The notes under the pieces: model-generated
Seen by the model: only the letters and a program-made list of their open reading frames with translations
The model's database searches: none
What the model was told of the DNA's origin: nothing
Translations under genes and position numbers: made by a program
Assembly: GCA_001779115.1 (NCBI GenBank)
Contig: MFJF01000015.1
Location: forward strand, 86,491 to 150,490
Source of the DNA: Candidatus Gottesmanbacteria bacterium RIFCSPHIGHO2_01_FULL_40_15
GTDB lineage: Bacteria; Patescibacteriota; Microgenomatia; 2-02-FULL-39-11
Length of the DNA stretch: 64,000 bases
Direction of reading: 5' to 3'
Shown: positions 56,796-64,000 of the stretch, piece by piece
Position numbering within the stretch: position 1 is the first letter of the stretch
Layout of the letters: each line of letters starts with the position of its first letter

Positions 56796-57527
56796 ATGAA
56801 TAAACCGTACATATTAATACTGCACGGCTGGAACCTGTCCGGAAAAAGATTTACTCCGCTGGTAAAATTTTTAAATCGCATGAACTTCAGGGCTTTTTCA
56901 CCTGATCTGCCCGGTTTTGGCAGGACACAAAAGCCGAAAAAGTTTTACATGCTTGATGACTATTGCCGTTTTGTCAATTCCTTTTTGGACTTAAAAAAGA
57001 TTGACAGCGTCGTCCTCGTCGGTCATTCTTTCGGAGGCCGGATCGCCATTAAAATGGCCGCCCGTTATCCTCAAAAAATTAAGGCAGTTATTCTGACCGG
57101 TACACCGGGGCTTTTGCCCGTAAAAAAGGTTAAAGTCCTTTTTTTCCTGGGACTGGCTAAAGCCGGCCGGTTGATTTTCTTACTGCCTTTCCTGTCAGTC
57201 CTTAAAAAAATTTTTCAGAAACTGCTTTATCGCCTGTCAGGTGCTGCTGATTACTATCATACAGACCAGCGGATGCGCCTGACTTTCCAAAATATCGTCA
57301 GGGAAGATCTCCGCGGATATTTGACTGAAATAGGAAAGCCTGTTTTCCTCTTGTGGGGAGGACGTGACAGGATTGTTTCACCAAAAATTGCCGTTGAAAT
57401 GAAAAACCTGGTAAAAGGCAGTGAACTGCAAATCGTCGATACACAGGGGCATGATTTTCCCTATATTAATCCGCAAATCTTCAGCAAAAAAATTGCACAG
57501 TTTCTGAAAAAGATACATGCTGTATAA
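56796..57527 (+). CDS. Alpha/beta-fold hydrolase
   Basis: LHGW, DLPGFG, GHSFGG nucleophile elbow, WG-x-x-D, GH. Confidence 0.9.
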   Translation: MNKPYILILHGWNLSGKRFTPLVKFLNRMNFRAFSPDLPGFGRTQKPKKFYMLDDYCRFVNSFLDLKKIDSVVLVGHSFGGRIAIKMAARYPQKIKAVILTGTPGLLPVKKVKVLFFLGLAKAGRLIFLLPFLSVLKKIFQKLLYRLSGAADYYHTDQRMRLTFQNIVREDLRGYLTEIGKPVFLLWGGRDRIVSPKIAVEMKNLVKGSELQIVDTQGHDFPYINPQIFSKKIAQFLKKIHAV

Positions 57528-59133
57528 TTTTGTTCTCATTGTTTTTACCGCCGCGTTCATTTTTAGGACAGTCAAAACCCTTTTTTTCCATATTTTTCTG
57601 TGGCAGTTGAAAGAATTCCGTCCGGACAGAATTATTGCGCATCTGAAAACAGATTACGGCAAAAAGCTGCTGGTTAATCCTTTAAATATTATCAAATGGA
57701 TACTTTTTATTGTTATTTACTCAATTTCGCTTATAAATATAAACCTGGTGGAAGTTCCCTTCAGTTTCCACATTATTATTTATTCTTTTTATTTATTTTG
57801 GTTTATTTGGCTGATTGAAACTATTAGTATTCCTTTTGCCGTACTGCGATTAAGATTTAAATATCCCGTACCCACGGTAAAAAGCTTTTCAGTTCTGGTT
57901 TTTTCCTCAGTACTTTTACTTTTTCCCTTTATAAGTAACCCGCTTGAAGGCATGCTGCTCCTGGGCCCTCTTTTTGACCGGTTATTGCCCCTTTTTGTTT
58001 TTATTGCTGTTGTTCTGGTAAATATTCCGGCTCAAATTTATAAAGGACTGATTGTTTTTCTGGCAGCCAGAAAAATTAATAATTTCACTGGTGTGAGTAA
58101 AATCGCTATCACCGGCAGTTACGGCAAGACGTCCACCAAGGAATTTTTAGCGGCTCTGTTGATGTCAAAATACAAAACGCTTAAAACACCCGGAAGTTTC
58201 AATACCGACTATTCTGTTGCCGCATTTATTAACAGTAAATTAACTCCGGCTGATGATTTTCTCATTGTTGAAATGGGCGCTTATACCCGCGGAGAGATCA
58301 AAAGACTATGCCGGATTGTAAAGCCTGAGGCTGGTATCATTACCGGCATCGGATCACAGCATCTGGAGCTGTTCGGTTCCGTTTCCAATCTGATTTCGGC
58401 TAAGGCTGAGCTGATTACTGCTTTGCCCCAAAACGGTATAATTGTAATTAATGTTAACAACGTGCATTCAGGGAAAATTGAAAAAATTGCCAAAGAAAGA
58501 GGACTCCGGCTTATTACTGCGGATATAAAACGGGATGTCAGGGACGTAAAAATCGGAAAAAATTATTTATCTTTCAGCCTTAAATTAAATAAAAAGATTC
58601 TTCCTCTGAAGTTTAATCTGGCAGGAAAAAACAATTTAGAAAATCTGTTGTTGGCAATAAAAACAGCTTACGCATTTGGCATGTCTGAGTATGAAATTAA
58701 AAAAGCATCCCGGAATATCCGGCCTCCTCTCAAAACAATGAACGTCATAAAACAGACTTCCGATATAACCCTTATTGATGATACATTCAATGTCAATTAC
58801 GAGGGTATAATATCATCCGCCGCTTACATGAAGCTTTATAAAGGACTCCGGGTGCTTGTGTTAAATCCGATAATCGAATTGGGAGAGATGGCTCAGAATC
58901 TTCACTTTAAAATCGGAAAAGAATTAGGCCATGTTTGTGATTATTTGCTGGTAACAAACCGCAATTATTTTAACAATCTTTCGGAAGGCCTAAAAAAAGG
59001 CAACCGTAAAAATACCGTAATTCTTCCGGCTGATAAATTGTCGATATCGCAGGTCCGCCGGAAATTATTTTCCGATTCAGTAGTAATTTTTTCCGGAAAG
59101 GAATCGGCTAAATGGATCAAATATTTCAGTTAG
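57517..59133 (+). CDS. murF: MurF-type ligase with N-terminal transmembrane extension
   Basis: About 5 TM helices, then ITGSYGKTSTKE, SFNT, VEMGA, QHLELFG, IDDTFN, ELG. Confidence 0.82.
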   Translation: MLYNFVLIVFTAAFIFRTVKTLFFHIFLWQLKEFRPDRIIAHLKTDYGKKLLVNPLNIIKWILFIVIYSISLININLVEVPFSFHIIIYSFYLFWFIWLIETISIPFAVLRLRFKYPVPTVKSFSVLVFSSVLLLFPFISNPLEGMLLLGPLFDRLLPLFVFIAVVLVNIPAQIYKGLIVFLAARKINNFTGVSKIAITGSYGKTSTKEFLAALLMSKYKTLKTPGSFNTDYSVAAFINSKLTPADDFLIVEMGAYTRGEIKRLCRIVKPEAGIITGIGSQHLELFGSVSNLISAKAELITALPQNGIIVINVNNVHSGKIEKIAKERGLRLITADIKRDVRDVKIGKNYLSFSLKLNKKILPLKFNLAGKNNLENLLLAIKTAYAFGMSEYEIKKASRNIRPPLKTMNVIKQTSDITLIDDTFNVNYEGIISSAAYMKLYKGLRVLVLNPIIELGEMAQNLHFKIGKELGHVCDYLLVTNRNYFNNLSEGLKKGNRKNTVILPADKLSISQVRRKLFSDSVVIFSGKESAKWIKYFS

Positions 59134-59139
59134 TATCTT

Positions 59140-60396
59140 ATGTTCAAGCGCCCAATCGCCATCGGTTTATCCCCCAATAATCAGGCTGATGATCTAAAGT
59201 ACGTATATAAGGCATTATTCAGCCCCAACTGTTTTAAATCCGGTAAATTTACCGGTCTGCTGTCATCCTGGTTCATGGATTATCTGAAATCCGATAATGT
59301 GTTTTTTTTCAATAGCGGCAGATCGGCCCTTTTCTGTCTTTTGAAGAGCTTATCAATCGGTCCGGGAGATGAAGTTATTGTCCAGGCATTTACTTGTGTA
59401 GCCGTACCTGATCCCGTTATCTGGGTCGGTGCCAGACCCGTTTTTACCGATATCGACGCCAGTTTAAATATCAAAATAGAATCATTGGAAAAAGCTGTCA
59501 ACAATAAAACGAAGGCAATAATTGTTCAACATACTTTCGGAATTCCTGCAAATATTAACAAGATCAAAAAAATTGCTCAAAAATACGGTATTTACGTGAT
59601 AGAAGACTGCGCGCACTCCTTGGGAGCGGAATTGGATAATCGGAAAATCGGCGCATTGGCCGATGCTGCCTTTTTTAGTTTCGGCAGAGATAAGGTTGTT
59701 TCTTCAGTTTACGGCGGAGCCGCCGTAATTTATAATAATGATAAGGCAAAGCGTATACTTTCCCGCCTTCACCGCAGTCTTCCGAAACCGTCCCTCTTTT
59801 GGATTTTCCGGCAGCTTCTGCACCCGCTTGCTTTTTCAGTGATTCTGCCTTTTTATAATGTACATATCGGTAAAGTTATTCTGTTTCTGCTATTTAAGAT
59901 GAAATTGCTGCAAAAGCCCGTCGAGAAATGTGAACTTATTGCCGGAAAACCGGATAATTTTCCGGCGCAAATGCCGGATGTATTGGCCGGACTTCTCTTA
60001 AGCCAGCTGTTAAAACTGACGAAGTTCAATAAAAATAGAAAAAAAATCGCCGCCAGATATTTTGCCCGGTTAAAAAATTCCCCTGATTTCGGTCTGCCTC
60101 CGGAAATAAAAAATGCGGTATATCTGAGATTTAATATATTGACGGAGGACTCCGCAGATCTTTTGATTTATTTTAAAAAAAGGAAAATACTCCTCGGTAA
60201 CTGGTATAAAAATATTATTGATCCGAAAAACGTGTCTTTCAAAACTTTAGGGTTTAATCCGGATAAATTTATAAACGCACGAAAATTTGCCAGGTTAAGT
60301 CTAAATCTGCCGACTTATCCTAATATGTCCGTTGAAGACGCTGATTTAATTGTCAATCTTTTAAATGAATATGCAGATAAAAAACATCAACGATAA
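59140..60396 (+). CDS. DegT-family PLP-dependent aminotransferase inside the dcw cluster
   Basis: NSGRSAL, GDEVIVQAFTC, QHTFG, IEDCAH, FSFGRDK, LNLPT. Confidence 0.85.
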   Translation: MFKRPIAIGLSPNNQADDLKYVYKALFSPNCFKSGKFTGLLSSWFMDYLKSDNVFFFNSGRSALFCLLKSLSIGPGDEVIVQAFTCVAVPDPVIWVGARPVFTDIDASLNIKIESLEKAVNNKTKAIIVQHTFGIPANINKIKKIAQKYGIYVIEDCAHSLGAELDNRKIGALADAAFFSFGRDKVVSSVYGGAAVIYNNDKAKRILSRLHRSLPKPSLFWIFRQLLHPLAFSVILPFYNVHIGKVILFLLFKMKLLQKPVEKCELIAGKPDNFPAQMPDVLAGLLLSQLLKLTKFNKNRKKIAARYFARLKNSPDFGLPPEIKNAVYLRFNILTEDSADLLIYFKKRKILLGNWYKNIIDPKNVSFKTLGFNPDKFINARKFARLSLNLPTYPNMSVEDADLIVNLLNEYADKKHQR

Positions 60397-61387
60397 AAAA
60401 TTATGGGAGGAGTTAATTTCCCGGTACTCTCCCCAAAGCTTCTTTCAATCCTGGACATGGGGTGAATCTGTCAGGTTGACTGGTCCAAATACTCAAGTCT
60501 GGCGCATAGCCCTGGTAACCGGTGATGGGGAAATTGCCGGTCTTTCCCAGATTGTCAAAGTTGTTGCCCGGCGCGGTATTCACCTGCATCTGCGTCACGG
60601 TCCCGTGCTGAAAAATTGGAAAAGGAAAAGTTTTCACTTTTTGTTGGAATATATTAAGAGACTCGCCTTGAGAGAAAAAGCCGCTTTTATCCGTTTCGGG
60701 CCTTTGATTGAAAATACTCCGGATCATCTAGCTTTATTTAAGAAAGCGGGTTTTGTTGATGCTCCAATTCACCGAATGAACGGAGAATTCTGTTGGGTGC
60801 TTGATCTGGATAAAAATGCGGATGAATTACTTAAAAATATGCGTAAAACTACCAGATATTTGATAAAAAAAGCAACAAATATGGGTGTTATCATCCGTCG
60901 GTCGGAAAGTCCGGGCGACATGGCCATTTTTAATAAATTATATGAAATTACAGCTAAAAGGCACGGTTTTGTCAGGCACAGGGAAGTCAAATGGGAGTTT
61001 GAAAAGTTTGTTAAAGAAAAAAAAGCTTTGCTGTTTTTAGGGGAATTTGAAGGGGAAATTAAATCCGCCGCCGTTATAATTTTTTATAACCATCAGGCAA
61101 TCTATCATCACAGCGCTTCAATCGAACAAAAGATACCTGTTAATTACCTCCTCCAGTGGCATGTTATTCTGGAAGCCAAAAAAAGAAACATGAAAATATA
61201 TAATTTTTGGGGAATAGCCCCGGATGAAAATCCCCGCCATCCCTGGACCAATCTCACTATTTTCAAAAAAGGTTTTGGCGGAAGAACGGTTGAATATATT
61301 CATGCCCAGGATCTGCCTGTGAACATTTTGGGCTATACGAAATCTTATTTATTGGATTATGGAAGAAAACTTCTGAAAGGTTACTGA
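60365..61387 (+). CDS. FemABX-family aminoacyl-tRNA-dependent peptidyltransferase
   Basis: FFQS-x-x-WG, GP, LDL, MRKTTRY-x-I-x-KA, LLQW, YNFWGI, FKKGFGG. Confidence 0.9.
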   Translation: MNMQIKNINDKKLWEELISRYSPQSFFQSWTWGESVRLTGPNTQVWRIALVTGDGEIAGLSQIVKVVARRGIHLHLRHGPVLKNWKRKSFHFLLEYIKRLALREKAAFIRFGPLIENTPDHLALFKKAGFVDAPIHRMNGEFCWVLDLDKNADELLKNMRKTTRYLIKKATNMGVIIRRSESPGDMAIFNKLYEITAKRHGFVRHREVKWEFEKFVKEKKALLFLGEFEGEIKSAAVIIFYNHQAIYHHSASIEQKIPVNYLLQWHVILEAKKRNMKIYNFWGIAPDENPRHPWTNLTIFKKGFGGRTVEYIHAQDLPVNILGYTKSYLLDYGRKLLKGY

Positions 61388-61415
61388 AGTAACGTTAAAA
61401 GAAGCGGAAATAAGC

Positions 61416-61421
61416 TATAAT
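61416..61421 (+). promoter_or_regulatory. -10 box TATAAT upstream of dgkA-mraY
   Basis: GCTATAAT in the intergenic gap, 15 nt before ATG 61437. Confidence 0.45.
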
Positions 61422-61436
61422 GGCAATACAATCAGT

Positions 61437-61814
61437 ATGGAGCGCTTGAAAAAACATCATATTTCATTCAAAAACGCCTGGTCCGGAGTCCATTGGTCTT
61501 TTACCAGCCAACCCAATTTTATGATCCATCTCATTTTTTCAATAACCGCAGTATTTCTGGGGATCGTACTTGGGATTTCAAAAATCGAATGGTTAATTAT
61601 TATCCTTTCCATAGTTTTTGGATTGGGAGCGGAGATGATTAACACATCAATTGAAGCCATGTGTAATTTAATAACAACCGATTGGAAAAAAGAGGCTAAA
61701 ATTGTCAAGGATGTTTCGGCCGGCATGATGCTGATTATTGCCGTGGGTACATTAATTATCGGACTTATTATTTTTATTCCGAAACTGTTATTAATTCTGC
61801 CCGATTTCTTCTGA
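61437..61814 (+). CDS. dgkA: DgkA-family diacylglycerol/undecaprenol kinase
   Basis: SF-x-x-A-x-x-G, N-x-x-IH, EMINTSIE, KD-x-SAG; 3 TM helices. Confidence 0.9.
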   Translation: MERLKKHHISFKNAWSGVHWSFTSQPNFMIHLIFSITAVFLGIVLGISKIEWLIIILSIVFGLGAEMINTSIEAMCNLITTDWKKEAKIVKDVSAGMMLIIAVGTLIIGLIIFIPKLLLILPDFF

Positions 61815-61815
61815 T

Positions 61816-62853
61816 ATGGGATTTATTCTGGGTATTTTACTGCTGTCATTTATATTGAATTCTCTTTCAATTATTCCGTTTATAAATCTTCTGTACCGTT
61901 ATAAGTTCAGACGCCAGAACCAGACAACGGTTGATGCATGGGATAAGCCTACTCCAATATTTGATATGTACCACCGTAAAAAAGCCGGCATTCCCATAGG
62001 CGCGGGGTTTCTTTTGATATTGTCAACAACCCTGATTTTCCTGTTTACGTTTCCCGTTATGTATTTTTTTTGGATTCCGTTTACTTCTGTTTATTCCAAT
62101 ATCCAATCGGAGCTCAAAATTCTGCTGACGACTTTTATATCTTTCGGTCTGATAGGGCTTTTTGACGATATTAAAAAGATCTTTTTCGGTAAAAGGGAAA
62201 AATTTTTCGGCTTAAGATTAAGACATAAACTAGTCCTTGAAATAATTCTTTCCCTATTAATCTCATATTGGCTTTACTCAGAGCTGAAGATTAATATTAT
62301 CAACGTTCCATTTCTGGGTGTTATCGATATGGGTGTTTTTTTTGTTCTCTTTTCATCATTTGTCATAATCTCATTTTCCAATGCTTTCAATATCACCGAC
62401 GGATTGGACGGATTAGCCTCGGGGGTATTAATGATATCCCTTATTGCTTTTTGGGTAATATCAAGTTCAATTCTTGATACTCCCTTGACACTGTTTATTG
62501 CCATATGGTTAGGTGGACTTTTGGCTTTCCTCTACTTTAATATATATCCTGCCAGAATTTTCTTGGGTGATGTCGGCGCTTTATCATTTGGGGCGACCTT
62601 AGCTGTTATCGCCCTTATTCTCGGAAAGTCCTTTTTACTGCTTATAATTGGAGGTGTTTTTGTAGCGGAAATTTTCACGTCCCTTATTCAGCTTTTAAGC
62701 AAAAAATACACCGGTAAAAAAATCATGAAAGTAGCGCCTCTTCATCTTTACCTGCAGCATAAAGGTTGGCACGAAACTACGATTGTCTTTCGGGGATGGT
62801 TGGCCACGATTGCATTGGCCGTATTCGGATTGTGGCTGGCTTTTATAAGCTGA
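61816..62853 (+). CDS. mraY: Phospho-N-acetylmuramoyl-pentapeptide transferase
   Basis: K-x-G-x-P-x-G, GLFDD, NAFNITDGLDGL, FN-x-YPA-x-IFLGD-x-G, APLH. Confidence 0.93.
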   Translation: MGFILGILLLSFILNSLSIIPFINLLYRYKFRRQNQTTVDAWDKPTPIFDMYHRKKAGIPIGAGFLLILSTTLIFLFTFPVMYFFWIPFTSVYSNIQSELKILLTTFISFGLIGLFDDIKKIFFGKREKFFGLRLRHKLVLEIILSLLISYWLYSELKINIINVPFLGVIDMGVFFVLFSSFVIISFSNAFNITDGLDGLASGVLMISLIAFWVISSSILDTPLTLFIAIWLGGLLAFLYFNIYPARIFLGDVGALSFGATLAVIALILGKSFLLLIIGGVFVAEIFTSLIQLLSKKYTGKKIMKVAPLHLYLQHKGWHETTIVFRGWLATIALAVFGLWLAFIS

Positions 62854-62881
62854 CGTAAAATGTTCCAGTTTTTCTGTACTC

Positions 62882-63994
62882 ATGAAAAAATCCAAAAATC
62901 TGACTTACCTTACGCAGAAAAAAAAATCTGATTTCTGGTTATTGCTTCTGACTTTCGCTTTTACGTTTTTTGGAATTCTTATGATATTTGAAGCATCCAA
63001 TGTGGCCGCATTTGTATCTTTCAATGATAAATTTCATTTTGTTAAAGACCAATTTCTTTGGGCAGTCCTGGGTTTTATTCTTTTGATAATATTTTCCAAA
63101 ATCCATTACCGGAAGCTTTTCGTTATGGCTGTCCCCATGCTGACAGTTACTATTATTGCCCTTATCGCTGTGCTGATTCCCGGCATCGGAATAAAAGCTC
63201 TGGGTGCCAGGCGCTGGATAAATCTGAGCTTTTTTTCCTTTCAACCCTCGGAATTGGCAAAAATCAGTCTGATTCTGTATTTATCTGCCTGGTTTACCAA
63301 TAAGGAAAAAGGCAGGTTTTTTCACTTTTTATTTCTGACGGGTCTGATTGTCGGTCTGGTTATTCTTCAGCCGGATTTAGGTACGGCAGTAATTTTAACT
63401 GCCATATTTCTGGCTGTTTATTTTATCTCCAATGCGCCTCTTTTTCATTTTCTCATTTTATTGCCCGGGGCGATTTTATCCGTAATTTTTCTGGCTCTTA
63501 TTTCTCCTTACCGTTACCAAAGACTGATGACGTTTTTTGATCCCAACCGGGATCCTCTTGGAGCTTCATATCATATCAGACAGATATTAATCTCTTTGGG
63601 CTCCGGAGGATTCATCGGATTGGGACTTGGCGCATCCCGCCAAAAATATCAATATCTTCCGGAAGCAACAACAGATTCTATATTCGCCATAATCGGCGAG
63701 GAGGCGGGATTCCTGGGAACATCTTTCATTATTTTATTATTTATCGTCTTTCTATACCGCATTTATCTGATAGTGAAACATTCTCCTGATAATTACGCCC
63801 GGCTTCTTTCATCAGGGATATTGTCGCTGATGGCCTTTCAAATTATCATTAATCTCGGTGCCATGGTTGCCATATTTCCCTTAACGGGTGTTCCCTTGCC
63901 TTTTTTCTCTTATGGCGGTTCCAATCTTATCGTGACTTTATTTTCCGTAGGCATACTTCTTAATATCAGCAAATTTCGGGTCAAAACCAAATAA
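62882..63994 (+). CDS. ftsW: SEDS peptidoglycan glycosyltransferase FtsW
   Basis: GARRWI, QPSELAK, QPDLGT, LPEATTDSIF-x-x-x-GEE, P-x-TGVPLPF-x-SYGGS. Confidence 0.93.
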   Translation: MKKSKNLTYLTQKKKSDFWLLLLTFAFTFFGILMIFEASNVAAFVSFNDKFHFVKDQFLWAVLGFILLIIFSKIHYRKLFVMAVPMLTVTIIALIAVLIPGIGIKALGARRWINLSFFSFQPSELAKISLILYLSAWFTNKEKGRFFHFLFLTGLIVGLVILQPDLGTAVILTAIFLAVYFISNAPLFHFLILLPGAILSVIFLALISPYRYQRLMTFFDPNRDPLGASYHIRQILISLGSGGFIGLGLGASRQKYQYLPEATTDSIFAIIGEEAGFLGTSFIILLFIVFLYRIYLIVKHSPDNYARLLSSGILSLMAFQIIINLGAMVAIFPLTGVPLPFFSYGGSNLIVTLFSVGILLNISKFRVKTK

Positions 63995-64000
63995 ATATGT

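Noticed and set aside
1-64000. Alternative genetic code (TGA read as Gly) or programmed frameshifts at poly-A/T tracts
   Set aside because: Conserved genes end at TGA at expected lengths, and all homopolymer tracts lie in intact frames

Overview
Gene-dense, AT-rich bacterial DNA, almost all on the + strand, using TGA as a stop (code 11). Short or overlapping intergenic regions, N-terminally truncated MurE, a membrane-anchored MurF and PTPT-rich membrane proteins suggest a Patescibacteria/CPR genome, most likely Microgenomates (inference, no search run). Positions 1-37.7 kb are a large cell-surface glycosylation locus: DegT aminotransferases, two Wzx-like flippases, many GT2/GT4 enzymes, several GT-C-type membrane glycosyltransferases, methyltransferases, two sulfatase/LTA-synthase-like membrane proteins, ManC, a priming phosphoglycosyltransferase and a DUF4012-like protein. 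recO, glyQS, two membrane proteins, a compositionally foreign TMTC-like TPR gene and a PlsC-like gene follow. From 44.6 kb there is an expanded dcw cluster: mraZ, rsmH, ftsL-like, ftsI, murE, pgeF, murC, murB, murA, glmU-like, glmS, an alpha/beta hydrolase, murF, a DegT aminotransferase, a FemABX enzyme, dgkA, mraY and ftsW. The best candidate for an undescribed system is a translationally coupled three-gene module at 29696-32854: a small signal-peptide/'YIDPGTGS' membrane peptide, a kinase-methyltransferase fusion (NoeA-like) and an alkaline-phosphatase-superfamily membrane transferase. No rRNA, tRNA, CRISPR array or transposase was seen. All family calls come from motif recognition by eye.
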